IMG/VR virus record: IMGVR_UViG_3300037450_000099
Location: 1 to 41,563 of that record
Strand: one strand, 5' to 3'
DNA from: a virus
Lineage: Duplodnaviria; Caudoviricetes
DNA length: 41,563 nt
Shown: positions 1 through 9,102 of the stretch, piece after piece
Numbering within the stretch: the first letter of the stretch is position 1
Layout of the letters: every line of letters begins with the position of its first letter
Made by a program: the position numbers and the translations under genes
Notes under the pieces: model-generated
Told to the model about the DNA's origin: nothing
The model's input: only the letters and a program-made list of their open reading frames with translations
Databases searched by the model: none

Positions 1-127
1 GGAGCAGGAGCTGGAGCAGGAGCAGGAGCAAGTAATGCACATCTACATAGACGCAAGCGCGTTGCCGCTAGTCGCCCTCTCACAATGGGCGAAAGAGCGC
101 GGCTATCGGATCAAGCAAGACGGGAAA
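1..127. repeat. 127-bp exact terminal direct repeat (copy of 41437-41563); probable circular-assembly overlap
   Basis: Bases 1-127 (ggagcaggagctgg...caagacgggaaa) match the last 127 bases. 127 is a common maximum assembler k-mer, and ORFs read continuously across the junction. Confidence 0.95.
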
Positions 128-163
128 GGGCGCGTGTATTTCGAGGCGGTGCCCCGTGGCTGA
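35..163 (+). CDS. small hypothetical protein (42 aa, MHIYIDASALPLVALSQWAKERGYRIKQDGKGRVYFEAVPRG)
   Basis: Not in the ORF track. Its ATG overlaps the stop of the Ser-X repeat ORF (TAATG), and its end overlaps the GTG start of 156..371. Confidence 0.7.
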   Translation: MHIYIDASALPLVALSQWAKERGYRIKQDGKGRVYFEAVPRG

Positions 164-371
164 CGCGAGCGCGAAAATCATTGCCCGCATACAGACACAA
201 TGTGAGGCCGAAGATAAATCCTCCCGCACACCCGAAGGGATGCGCCGCAACGTGCAAGGATACGCTGACGAGTTGTGGGGTATCGCGTGGGATTTGCGAG
301 AGGACGGCTGCGATCAGATCGCTTGCGAGCTTGAGCGGATCGCTGAGAATATGAAGGATGACTTCAGATGA
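156..371 (+). CDS. hypothetical protein
   Basis: 71-aa ORF with GAGG upstream and ATGA coupling to the next gene. Confidence 0.7.
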   Translation: MADASAKIIARIQTQCEAEDKSSRTPEGMRRNVQGYADELWGIAWDLREDGCDQIACELERIAENMKDDFR

Positions 372-1084
372 TTGATCAAGATACCAAGTCGGCAAACCTT
401 GCGCTTTGGCACGAGGTGGAAAAAACCGATCCTGCCTACACCAAGGGATTCAAGGGTAAAGGCGGATTCCAGGGGACTGCGATTTGTGCGCAGTGGCAGC
501 GGAAAAAGGCAACCGAGCTTTGGGGGCCATATGGTGGCGCATGGAAAATGGAAAACCCGACATATCATGTAATGGATTTCGGCGAAGACTTCCACTTGTC
601 AACGTTGGTTTTCACTGGAAATTTTATTGCCCCTGGTATCTGGTTTATCGTCGATGCCGATATCGACCTATGGAACTACAGCGTCAAATATAAAAGCTGG
701 AGCAAGAACAACGACGTACACAAAAAAGTTGCCACGGATGCGCTAACAAAGGCCCTATCCATGCTCGGCTTTTCGGCCGATGTCTTCATGGGATTATTCG
801 ACGACAACAAATATGTGACAGAGGTAGGGGCCGAGTTTGCTGCTGAAAAGGCGGAGGCGGCAAAAGAGCAAGAGAAGATTGCGAAGGCACGCGAAACCAA
901 AGCTGCCGAGGAGCGCCGCGATCGATTGGCTAACTGGACTTCTAAGATGGATGAATGCACCGACAAGGATTCGCTGCGCGCGACTCTGGTTGATGCCAAG
1001 AAAACTCTATTCCGCGATGACTGGAGCGAGCTCGCTCGCTGGTCAGCCATCAAAGCAAAAGAATTTGATGAGGCAAAAACATGA
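368..1084 (+). CDS. Rad52/Rad22-like (Sak-type) single-strand annealing protein
   Basis: Motif KKVATDALTKALSMLGFSADVFMGLFDD resembles the Rad52/22 core. It has a charged helical C-terminus and lies next to an exonuclease. Confidence 0.7.
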   Translation: MIDQDTKSANLALWHEVEKTDPAYTKGFKGKGGFQGTAICAQWQRKKATELWGPYGGAWKMENPTYHVMDFGEDFHLSTLVFTGNFIAPGIWFIVDADIDLWNYSVKYKSWSKNNDVHKKVATDALTKALSMLGFSADVFMGLFDDNKYVTEVGAEFAAEKAEAAKEQEKIAKARETKAAEERRDRLANWTSKMDECTDKDSLRATLVDAKKTLFRDDWSELARWSAIKAKEFDEAKT

Positions 1085-1782
1085 CTGTTTTAACGCAACC
1101 CTATCTGGTTATCGACATCGAAACCGCGCCGGCCAGCCAGCAACATATCGACGCGCTAATGGAGGCATGGAAGCCGCCCGGCAATATCAAAGACCCGGCA
1201 AAGATCGCGGCCAAACGCGACGAAGCCGCCGCGCGAGCGGTGGACAAAGCAAGCCTGCTTGATGCCGCGCCGATCATCTGTATTGGGTACGGACACCTCG
1301 ATGGAGATGACACATTCAATGTCGTACTCCATACGCTAGACCGGTTGCCGGATCGTTACGATAACGAATCGCAAATGCTAGCCGGATTCGCCGAATTCCT
1401 GGCCAATAGTTGCAGCGCAGCTACTGAGCTGGTGGGCCACAATATCCAGTCCTTCGATCTGCCGAAACTGCGCCACGCCTACATTCGCAACGCGCTACCC
1501 ATCCCCGGGGTTTTGAAAGTATCGCCGCCAAGGTTTCAACCTTGCTTCGACACCATGCGCAACTTCCGGTATTTCTCAACAGAGAACTACGACAACCGCT
1601 TCGTCAGTTTGGAAACTGTCTGCCGGACTCTCGGCATCCCGCAGGACTTCGGCGACATCAAGGGCAAAGACATTGCCGAGGCTTACGAACTCGGTTGGCA
1701 CGAGGAGATTTTGAAGCACGCCTATGCAGATATCGTCACGACTTTGGTGGTTTATCAAACCATGATCGGAGCACCATCATGA
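1081..1782 (+). CDS. DEDD-family 3'-5' exonuclease (PolB exonuclease-like)
   Basis: ExoI VIDIET, ExoII GHNIQSFDLP and ExoIII-like HAYADIV motifs. Confidence 0.85.
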   Translation: MTVLTQPYLVIDIETAPASQQHIDALMEAWKPPGNIKDPAKIAAKRDEAAARAVDKASLLDAAPIICIGYGHLDGDDTFNVVLHTLDRLPDRYDNESQMLAGFAEFLANSCSAATELVGHNIQSFDLPKLRHAYIRNALPIPGVLKVSPPRFQPCFDTMRNFRYFSTENYDNRFVSLETVCRTLGIPQDFGDIKGKDIAEAYELGWHEEILKHAYADIVTTLVVYQTMIGAPS

Positions 1783-2228
1783 ATGACAACGAGCTTTTAA
1801 TCGCAGTCGAAGTGGAGTCACTTGCCAGCGCACTACGAACGGGTGATGGCATAGAGGCAATGATTGATCTGGCAAAAAAGACTGTCCGCAGCTTCGAGCA
1901 TGATCTCAGTACAGTGACCGGCAGAAAGAAAACAGCGGGACTTGCTTACAAAGTCGCCCGCGTCAAATCAAAGGTAACTGAAATTCAGAAAGGCGAAACG
2001 GAGGCATTGAAAAAAGCCTCTGGCATCATCGATGGCAACGGGCGCCGATTACGTAACGAATTGGATGCGCTAAAAATCGAGGCTCGACAACCGCCGAAGG
2101 CTCACGTCGAGAGAATAGAAGCGGAAGCGCTCACGGCTTGCATCGAAATATTAGGGCACGAGAGCGGCGTAAGCGCATTGAAAGCTATCAAGGCCGGCAA
2201 TATTCCGCACGTTTCCATCACCTATTGA
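1779..2228 (+). CDS. conserved phage coiled-coil protein
   Basis: The start is best placed at the ATGA overlap at 1779. DLSTVTGRKKTAGLAYKVARVK and the C-terminal AIKAGNIPHVSITY resemble a lambdoid early-region family, from memory. Confidence 0.7.
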   Translation: MNDNELLIAVEVESLASALRTGDGIEAMIDLAKKTVRSFEHDLSTVTGRKKTAGLAYKVARVKSKVTEIQKGETEALKKASGIIDGNGRRLRNELDALKIEARQPPKAHVERIEAEALTACIEILGHESGVSALKAIKAGNIPHVSITY

Positions 2229-2665
2229 TGAGTCGCGTGATGAAATTTTTAATTCGCCAAGGCGAGCCGGTGCCGCTGGCTCGCCTCATGGAATGCTTAG
2301 CCGACAACGTCAAGCGAGCGCCGCAGTCGGTTACTGTCACCGACTACAAATCAACACGCCGGCTTGAGCAAAACGCCTACTATTGGGTGATGCTCACTCA
2401 GGTTGCGGATTGGATCTATGAGCACGAAGGCGAGCCGAAAGATGCCGCGAGAATCCACTGGGAAATGAAGTCGTTATTTCAGCCCGTCGAGGGCATGTAC
2501 ACGACAGAGATCGTGCTTGACGGCCGAGTCCTTGAAGTCGAATTAACGCGGCACAAATCAACGACGAAAAACAGCGTTTCCGAGATGGCGGAATACACTG
2601 AAAAAGTCATAGCCTACTGGGCGCTGCGAGGCTGTCAATTTACCGTAGGAGGCGAGCGTGGCTAA
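2228..2665 (+). CDS. ninB: NinB/YbcN-like recombination protein
   Basis: Motifs RRLEQNAYYW and STTKNSVSEMAEYTEKVIAY; TGATG coupling at 2226-2230. Confidence 0.75.
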   Translation: MSRVMKFLIRQGEPVPLARLMECLADNVKRAPQSVTVTDYKSTRRLEQNAYYWVMLTQVADWIYEHEGEPKDAARIHWEMKSLFQPVEGMYTTEIVLDGRVLEVELTRHKSTTKNSVSEMAEYTEKVIAYWALRGCQFTVGGERG

Positions 2666-3005
2666 ACACATTCCGATCCCCATTGGCTCAAAATTTGGGC
2701 AATGGACAGTTGTTGGCGTTGACGGCAAAACCCACAATACGGCGCACACCTATTATTCCTGCCAATGCGCATGCGGAAATACAGGAAGTATTACAGCGGA
2801 CAGGTTGCGCAGGGGTCATGCGACTAAATGCCACGATTGCGCAAATCTGGACAACGGAAAAAATAGAACAAACGCTCATCGTGAAAAATACCCAAACGCT
2901 CCTCATATGGTTCCGCACGACTCAAAGGATAGCCTGCATCGTAAGACTAGCGATGGAGAAGCCACCTATCGGCACCTAAAAGAATCCGGCTACTTGGACG
3001 AATAG
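2658..3005 (+). CDS. Zn-ribbon protein resembling the N-terminal domain of phage HNH/AP2 endonucleases, with no nuclease domain seen
   Basis: IGSKFGQWTVV...CQCACGN...LRRGHATKCHDC; no HNH motif follows. Confidence 0.65.
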   Translation: MAKHIPIPIGSKFGQWTVVGVDGKTHNTAHTYYSCQCACGNTGSITADRLRRGHATKCHDCANLDNGKNRTNAHREKYPNAPHMVPHDSKDSLHRKTSDGEATYRHLKESGYLDE

Positions 3006-3006
3006 C

Positions 3007-3411
3007 ATGAAACGCCAAAACCTCGAACACCGAGAACAGGTGGCTTACATGTCGTGGCTTCGGATAGCCTACCCCACCCAATGGATGGCAACTACCGCCG
3101 TCCCGTTAGGCGGGCTCCGCAGTGATAAGACTGGCGCGCTGCTCAAAGCGGAAGGCGTTAAAGCTGGCTACCCGGATATTCTGATCGATGTTGCGCGGGG
3201 TGATTGGCACGGGCTGCGAATCGAGATGAAACGAAAAGGCGCGACTCAATCGAGCGTTAGCAAACCACAGCGCGAATGGCTGCTCCGACTGCTCTATCAA
3301 GGATACGCGGCAGGGTGGGCCGCTGGATTTGATGAGGCGCGGCAGCTCACAGAAGACTATTTTCGAGGCAATTATTCCCCACGCGATTGGATACCGGAGG
3401 CATGGCTGTGA
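3007..3411 (+). CDS. VRR-NUC domain nuclease (putative Holliday junction resolvase)
   Basis: LKAEGVKAGYPD...GLRIEMK...SKPQREW, a PD-(D/E)xK VRR-NUC pattern. Confidence 0.88.
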   Translation: MKRQNLEHREQVAYMSWLRIAYPTQWMATTAVPLGGLRSDKTGALLKAEGVKAGYPDILIDVARGDWHGLRIEMKRKGATQSSVSKPQREWLLRLLYQGYAAGWAAGFDEARQLTEDYFRGNYSPRDWIPEAWL

Positions 3412-3851
3412 TGATCGCTCTACTACTCGCCCTGCTAATCCCCATCGCCGCGGCCGAAAATATGCGTGTGTCTATCCTCGACGGGGACACGATCGATACA
3501 AACGGGCAAAGATACCGACTGTATGGAATTGACGCGCCGGAGATAAAACAACCCCACGGGGTTGACGCTGCGCACGCACTCCGCGCTGCAATGGACGATA
3601 GGGATATCAATGTACAGAGCCACGGCAAAGGCAAATACGGGCGGGTGATTGCCCTGCTGCAATACCGCGACCGTGGCACGACTGTGCAGGCGCGCCTAGT
3701 CTCCGAGGGCTGGGCGTGGGTGTATCCTCAATACTGTGACATTCCGGCCTGTGATTCATGGGAGCGTTTAGAGCGTATCGCCCGCGAGCAGGGGCGAGGC
3801 TTGTGGGCGAATGACGATCCGATGCCACCCTGGGAATGGAGAAGACAATGA
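3411..3851 (+). CDS. thermonuclease (SNase family) with N-terminal signal or anchor
   Basis: ILDGDTI, RLYGIDAPE, GKYGRVIA, LVSEGWAWVY, AREQGRGLW, PPWEWR; hydrophobic N-terminus ending AAA. Confidence 0.93.
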   Translation: MIALLLALLIPIAAAENMRVSILDGDTIDTNGQRYRLYGIDAPEIKQPHGVDAAHALRAAMDDRDINVQSHGKGKYGRVIALLQYRDRGTTVQARLVSEGWAWVYPQYCDIPACDSWERLERIAREQGRGLWANDDPMPPWEWRRQ

Positions 3852-4099
3852 AAATACCCGACCTAGGCCCATACGGCACATCGTGGGAACATCGGCAGAA
3901 TTCCGACAAATTGCTGATCGCATGCCTGGATTTTTTGATCGAGTGCAGAAAGCATCCCAACACGCTGGACACTACAGTGTTCTATGACGACGCCGCTCGG
4001 AGCGGCCACGATCTCATGAACGACATTGCGAAAGAGTTTGCCTTGCCCTGGATGCCGTCAGGGGACTTGCCCACCTGGGCGTCGGTCATCAATGGATAA
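3848..4099 (+). CDS. hypothetical protein
   Basis: ATGA coupling to the SNase gene, with GGAG upstream. Confidence 0.65.
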   Translation: MKIPDLGPYGTSWEHRQNSDKLLIACLDFLIECRKHPNTLDTTVFYDDAARSGHDLMNDIAKEFALPWMPSGDLPTWASVING

Positions 4100-4289
4100 G
4101 ACAATGAACAAGCACACAAGCGATAACGCCATGATCGAATTCTGCATCGACGATTTGTTAAAGGATTTTATAATCCGGCGAAAGTGGACCCGAGACGCAG
4201 ATGAGACACAACCCGCCGTCCGCAAATACCTGAAAGCCCATTTGGCATCGCTGGTGTCTGTGGTGCGAGAAACGGAGGGAACAGAGTAG
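4092..4289 (+). CDS. hypothetical protein
   Basis: ATG at 4092 (or 4104) overlaps the previous gene and continues the operon. Confidence 0.6.
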   Translation: MDKTMNKHTSDNAMIEFCIDDLLKDFIIRRKWTRDADETQPAVRKYLKAHLASLVSVVRETEGTE

Positions 4290-4381
4290 TGGCCGCCTAT
4301 CGAGATTACCCGAAAGTTGAGACCTGGCGCCGCCTAGTCCGCTGGTGGCGTAGGTTTAAACGGCGTTATCATTTTTGTTAA
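4289..4381 (+). CDS. putative 30-aa Arg/Trp-rich peptide (MAAYRDYPKVETWRRLVRWWRRFKRRYHFC)
   Basis: GTG overlaps the previous TAG, with GGAGG upstream. Its stop overlaps the convergent holin stop (TTAA). Confidence 0.45.
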   Translation: MAAYRDYPKVETWRRLVRWWRRFKRRYHFC

Positions 4382-4641
4382 GCCTCGTCATTTGAACTGC
4401 CGCCGAATAGATAATCAACAATGGTGCTGGCGTTTTTGACGAGCATCCCGGCAATGGTGCCGAGCAAACCGATGACGGCCGCGACGTTGGTTGTATCAGG
4501 CCCCCATATCGCAAGAGCCACCGAGACGCCCACCACGACAGCCAAAGACGCGGTGTTATTCCATGACACTCGCGTCCGTAGACGCTTGCCGTAGTCCTCG
4601 CCGTAGCCTGCCGACTCCGGTTGTAATTGCTCGTCAGTCAT
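4378..4641 (-). CDS. putative holin (two TM segments)
   Basis: Two hydrophobic segments and a C-terminal YLFGGSS resembling the YFFGSS holin motif; last gene of the late unit. Confidence 0.6.
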   Translation of the reverse strand: MTDEQLQPESAGYGEDYGKRLRTRVSWNNTASLAVVVGVSVALAIWGPDTTNVAAVIGLLGTIAGMLVKNASTIVDYLFGGSSNDEA

Positions 4642-5060
4642 TGACCAACCTCCGCGCGCTTTTGTTGCTGATTAAATCGATTCCTGAGCGTGTCGAGTTG
4701 TTGCTCGAGGTTTTCGATCTCGGCAATTATGCGGGCCGTGTCGCGGCATTGGCTATCGTGGCATGGCTGGTTGTAGTGCCGTTGGGTTGCTAGCAACAAC
4801 CCTGCGTCGTCCTTTTCGCTCGCGAGAATTTTTCTCTTCCACAACTCCGACTCGACATTGTGCTGCGCCTGCTTCAATGCCAAAATCTGATGAGTCTCCA
4901 CTAAATCGTCGAGCTTCCACTCTATTTTCATCAGCCACACGTAGCCGCCCAGGGCGAGCAAAAATAGCACGCCCAGCCCGCGGCCGATGGCCAGAATGTT
5001 TGAAGGATCAAGCCACCGCCGCCAGGTGGGGTCGGTGTCTCCGTTTCGATTTGGCGCCAT
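4638..5060 (-). CDS. single-TM plus coiled-coil protein, possibly a lysis accessory
   Basis: TM segment LGVLFLLALGGYVWL followed by heptad-rich helices; coupled to the holin. Confidence 0.6.
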   Translation of the reverse strand: MAPNRNGDTDPTWRRWLDPSNILAIGRGLGVLFLLALGGYVWLMKIEWKLDDLVETHQILALKQAQHNVESELWKRKILASEKDDAGLLLATQRHYNQPCHDSQCRDTARIIAEIENLEQQLDTLRNRFNQQQKRAEVGQ

Positions 5061-5092
5061 CCTGTCAGATTACCAACTCACCAAATTTGGCG

Positions 5093-6238
5093 CTATGGCA
5101 AACCTCCTACATCGGCCCAACGCACCCGCACGACATCAACGCCCGGAGGTCCGCAGCGATTGAGCGCGGTATTGTCAATTTTCATTAGGCCCGCCTTGAC
5201 GAATTCATGGATCGAATAACCGCGACGGTGCCACTCGGCCAGCCGCACCATCTCGTCGCCCATGGGGTCAATCATCACGGTTTTATAGCGATGCTCGAAG
5301 GGGGTTGGAATTTCCGGCATATCGTAGTTTTTCATCGTCTGTTCGTCGTCGCTAACGGGCTCTAGCTTGTCTTGTATCGCGAGCTCTAGCCAGTTTTCGC
5401 GAAAGGCGACATCGCGCAGATTATCGATCGATGGCAGTTGCACGCCTGTATGGATATCCGTTGGGCCGTTAAGCGCCCACGGCGGCTCAGGCGCTTCATA
5501 ACTCCCAGCCAGCTCCCCATCGATGTACGCAAAAAACAAAAACAGTGGAATCTCGCCATCTCCTAAATCATACGGCGGGCTCGATTGGACATATGTCTGG
5601 CGGGCTTCGCCTTGGCCGAAGTCGTGCTCAAACCCGATTGTCGTGCGAAACGAGTTGTTAAGCGACCCACTGATGTATGTTGCCAGCACCGAGTCGCCTG
5701 ATTGCTGCCGCACTTGCGGATAGAATCCGAATTTACCACCGGGCAACACGATTGTCTGAGGCGGGCTATTCCCGCCGATCACTGTGCCGCTTGCCGTTTT
5801 AAGCATGGCTTGCGTTATCCACCCGGCACTGGAAGGATACGGTGCCGCCCAATTTCCGTTTGCAAATTGCACGTATGAATTGGGCGCAGCAGCAGCGCCT
5901 TTCCCCAGCTCGCGCAATTCGCCGTCGCTATTGAGCCGCGCCACCCCGCCCGCACCGCCGTATGTTTTTGTCGCCGTGCTGGTGATGCCCCAACCCGATC
6001 GGTTGGCGCTCGGCGTTGTGCCGCCTCCGCCCCCGCGAGTGACATCGACGACCGGGACTGCTGACAGCGGAATGTTTGCCGACCCGTCCAGGCCGGCCAC
6101 GCCATTTGCGCCGTCTTTGGAGACGATCATGGCGGACACAAGCTGCGCCAGCTCCAACAGATCCGCGCGAGCATTAGAGGGCAGATCGGTAGGCTGATCG
6201 AGATTGCCAAGATTTGGGATCGTTGTTGGCCAGGCCAT
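5093..6238 (-). CDS. putative tail fibre / receptor-binding-associated protein
   Basis: Follows the tail tip gene; Gly-rich fibre-like motifs GANGVAGLDGSANIP and GGVARLNSDGEL. Confidence 0.65.
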   Translation of the reverse strand: MAWPTTIPNLGNLDQPTDLPSNARADLLELAQLVSAMIVSKDGANGVAGLDGSANIPLSAVPVVDVTRGGGGGTTPSANRSGWGITSTATKTYGGAGGVARLNSDGELRELGKGAAAAPNSYVQFANGNWAAPYPSSAGWITQAMLKTASGTVIGGNSPPQTIVLPGGKFGFYPQVRQQSGDSVLATYISGSLNNSFRTTIGFEHDFGQGEARQTYVQSSPPYDLGDGEIPLFLFFAYIDGELAGSYEAPEPPWALNGPTDIHTGVQLPSIDNLRDVAFRENWLELAIQDKLEPVSDDEQTMKNYDMPEIPTPFEHRYKTVMIDPMGDEMVRLAEWHRRGYSIHEFVKAGLMKIDNTALNRCGPPGVDVVRVRWADVGGLP

Positions 6239-6241
6239 TGT

Positions 6242-8725
6242 TTATTCCACCAGGAAAAAGGTTGCCGAATTGATATACGCCACCGAGCTCGCCACCGTCG
6301 CAGCCGTGATCCGAAATTGGAAATGCCGATCTGTTTCTTGTCCGCCCGGCACGGCCCATGCCGACCATGCCGCGCCGTCCGCGGAATGCCGCACCTCGAT
6401 AGTCAAATCATCCGAGCCCTCGGCGAATGCCGAAGACGCGACAGTCTGCGAGCTCCCAAGATCGACGGCGGGGTGGGTATAGATAAAACTCGACGCCGGG
6501 TTATATCCCCAGAAATCCCAGTTTGCCCACGTCACAGAATCGGTTGCCAGGTCAGCCCATGTGCCGGTGTCGATCGCCACGACAATATTCCCCGAAATCT
6601 CGCCGCCGCTCAACGTACCGGGCCAGCCCAGCGCGCGAGCATCGGACTGATATAGAGAATTCCCGATCTGGACGCCAACTAGATTCACCGGGCCAATCTG
6701 CCGAGGCTCAGACTCATTGCCGGACGTATCTACCTGGGTGATCCAAAAATACCAGATCCCCGAATAGGGTAGGTCGGCGAGATAGGGCGAGTCGGTAACG
6801 AGCCCTTGATTTAGTTTGAGCGCTGCGGAAAAGGTCGATCCTCCCGAATAATAAAGCTGCCAGCCCGACCAGTCCTTATCGCGCTCGGTATCATTCCACT
6901 CATACGATTTGCGCCCGTCCGGCTCCGCGACCACCCGGAAACCGGTTGGCTTTCTTGGCGGCGCTGTCTTGCCCTCGACTAGCACCCGTTCAACACTTGT
7001 CCACTGCGAAGGCATCCCTGCAATGTTGTAGCTGCGGGCTTGCACATCATAGGATTGCAAATCCGCCACGGGTTGCAGATAAACGCTCAGGTCATCGGTC
7101 TGTATATAAACCCACGCTTGATCATTAGGATTGCGCCACCGCACCTCGGTATACAAAACGCTCGCGGTTTTTTCATCGTTATAGTCCCAGGTCGCCAGCA
7201 TTCGCGAAAGTATCGAGCCATCGCCGGCAATCAATAATTCATCAGTTGCCGCGGTAATGGTTAGATTCTTAGGCTTTGTCGTTTTGAATGGGTCGTGAAA
7301 TTCAGTCTCTGGGAAGTCGTCATTATCATCAACGTTGAGTGTATAAACTGATGTGTCGTATTCGACGCATTCCATGCTAACCGTATCATCACCGTTTAGA
7401 TCCATGCGATTGACGCGGAAGGGTTTTCCATTCCAGCCGTTAAGAGCTGAATCGACTTGCACCACCGACCCCACGGCATAATCGAGTGCGGCGAGTGTGC
7501 AGCGTCCGCTAATCATTTTTGATTGCCGAAACTGCTTGAGTTCCTGGCTAGCGATTCGCCGCGCGTCTCTCCGGCTTGTCGTCCCCGGCAAAGGCAACTC
7601 GATAGAATTCACCACGCCAGAATCTTCTGAGAGCATGGCTCCGGATTTAACAATCACCTGATATGGCTCGTATTTCCGCTTCTCGTCGAGATACGAAACA
7701 ATGACCTTATTGACGCGGTTCGCTTTCTGGCCCAATTCAATTTGCCAATTCCCGACCATCACATCATCGTCTAAACGCAACGAGTGAAACGTCCCGGGCC
7801 GATCAATATGAAAGTACCAAACGCCACCTTGGTATACGGGAATGCCACGGCATGATGATGCGATGGCCAATGCATTTTGGCGCAACGTCTTTGTGGGATT
7901 TATGGCGATATTACAGCTATACCGCGTGTATTGCTTGCCGTTGGGGTACGTGACTTTTTCGTCACAATAATTCGCGGACGCAATAAAACTGGGCTCATCG
8001 ATTTTTGAAAAAGGCACCCCGCGGCCGTAGCGCTCTGACATCAAATAATCGAGCAATATTAGGCTAGGGTTGGCTGTCCAGCGTGTGACGCCGTCCCGCG
8101 GGTCATAGCATTTGACGCCCTTAATGATTGCTGAAATAACCGGCAAGCCCGTCTTCCATGTGTTTACGTCGTAGCGCAACTTGATGCCCGAATAGGCAAT
8201 GCCTTGTAGTCGATGTTCTGCTGACCATTCAGGAATCTGGGTAACCATTTTTGTATCGGCAAATTGATCATCGGCTCCCATGTGATGCAGGAGTTGTTCT
8301 ATGTTTTTATCGTCATCTTCATCCATCTCAGAATATCGGCGAGTATCGAAATAGATATCGTCGATTGATTCTATTTCGCCCTCGCTCCAACAGATGACCA
8401 TCCATAGGGATTGGTTTTTACCGCCGAAGGCGTTACGGTAAGCCAACGGGCCTGCCGCGCGCATCTCTCCGTAAATAATTGGAATCGGCTCGTCGGCTTT
8501 GCCGGCGTTGATTCGCAGGCCGCCGTAAAGCTCGTCGATAGATGAGGATCGATCATTTAATCCCACGACCTCGCTGGCCGCGTAAGCCGCCGCCGCGCTG
8601 GCCGCTGCGCTGGCTACCGCTGCGGCAAACGCGCTTCCACCAATCGTACCGCCCGTGGCTCCTGCAACAGCGGAGCCTGCAATACTCGCGGCAACTATCG
8701 GGGCAGCCGCCGGCATAGCGCCCAC
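6242..8725 (-). CDS. tail tip/central fibre protein (lambda gpJ-like) with Fn3-like domain
   Basis: PIPIIYGE, SEGEIESI, HRLQGIAY, GVKCYDPR, WTANPSLILLDYL, YDVQARSYN, GKTAPP. Confidence 0.9.
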   Translation of the reverse strand: MGAMPAAAPIVAASIAGSAVAGATGGTIGGSAFAAAVASAAASAAAAYAASEVVGLNDRSSSIDELYGGLRINAGKADEPIPIIYGEMRAAGPLAYRNAFGGKNQSLWMVICWSEGEIESIDDIYFDTRRYSEMDEDDDKNIEQLLHHMGADDQFADTKMVTQIPEWSAEHRLQGIAYSGIKLRYDVNTWKTGLPVISAIIKGVKCYDPRDGVTRWTANPSLILLDYLMSERYGRGVPFSKIDEPSFIASANYCDEKVTYPNGKQYTRYSCNIAINPTKTLRQNALAIASSCRGIPVYQGGVWYFHIDRPGTFHSLRLDDDVMVGNWQIELGQKANRVNKVIVSYLDEKRKYEPYQVIVKSGAMLSEDSGVVNSIELPLPGTTSRRDARRIASQELKQFRQSKMISGRCTLAALDYAVGSVVQVDSALNGWNGKPFRVNRMDLNGDDTVSMECVEYDTSVYTLNVDDNDDFPETEFHDPFKTTKPKNLTITAATDELLIAGDGSILSRMLATWDYNDEKTASVLYTEVRWRNPNDQAWVYIQTDDLSVYLQPVADLQSYDVQARSYNIAGMPSQWTSVERVLVEGKTAPPRKPTGFRVVAEPDGRKSYEWNDTERDKDWSGWQLYYSGGSTFSAALKLNQGLVTDSPYLADLPYSGIWYFWITQVDTSGNESEPRQIGPVNLVGVQIGNSLYQSDARALGWPGTLSGGEISGNIVVAIDTGTWADLATDSVTWANWDFWGYNPASSFIYTHPAVDLGSSQTVASSAFAEGSDDLTIEVRHSADGAAWSAWAVPGGQETDRHFQFRITAATVASSVAYINSATFFLVE

Positions 8726-9102
8726 CCCATATTTAGTTTATGCAATCGCATCAACGGCACCGAAAACACCCCATGCGATTCGGCGCTCGACCAGACCTCG
8801 CCTCTCCACACAAACCCCATGCTGGGCATGATTCCGTGGCGTCCGATAAAACAATCACCTGACCGCGCAGGATATGCAGCGAAATCGTCATAGCCAATAC
8901 CCCGCAGCAATTCAACGGGATCGATTTCCTTTTGTCGCAAATACGCGCTTTCGGGATTGTCGTACTGACCCACCGCGAGTTTAGACAAGTCCGTTTTCCA
9001 CACACGATCGACCCAACGCAGCACCAGGCAGACGCAATCCGTTTGCCCCCACACAAAGGGCTCACCCAATTCGGGCGTCAAATGTTGTCCTTGCGTCCCC
9101 AT
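8695..9102 (-). CDS. NlpC/P60-like tail assembly protein (gpK position)
   Basis: PFVWGQTDC catalytic-Cys motif; lies between the gpL-like and gpJ-like genes. Confidence 0.75.
   Translation of the reverse strand: MGTQGQHLTPELGEPFVWGQTDCVCLVLRWVDRVWKTDLSKLAVGQYDNPESAYLRQKEIDPVELLRGIGYDDFAAYPARSGDCFIGRHGIMPSMGFVWRGEVWSSAESHGVFSVPLMRLHKLNMGWALCRRLPR

Noticed and set aside
1-127. Terminal repeat as a biological direct terminal repeat
   Set aside because: The length matches a common assembler k-mer and it starts inside the hexamer array. The HNH/TerS/Terminase_1 set points to cos ends near 20612-20734.
4753-4938. Nested ORF as an o-spanin inside the TM/coiled-coil gene
   Set aside because: No hydrophobic signal or lipobox before its Cys.
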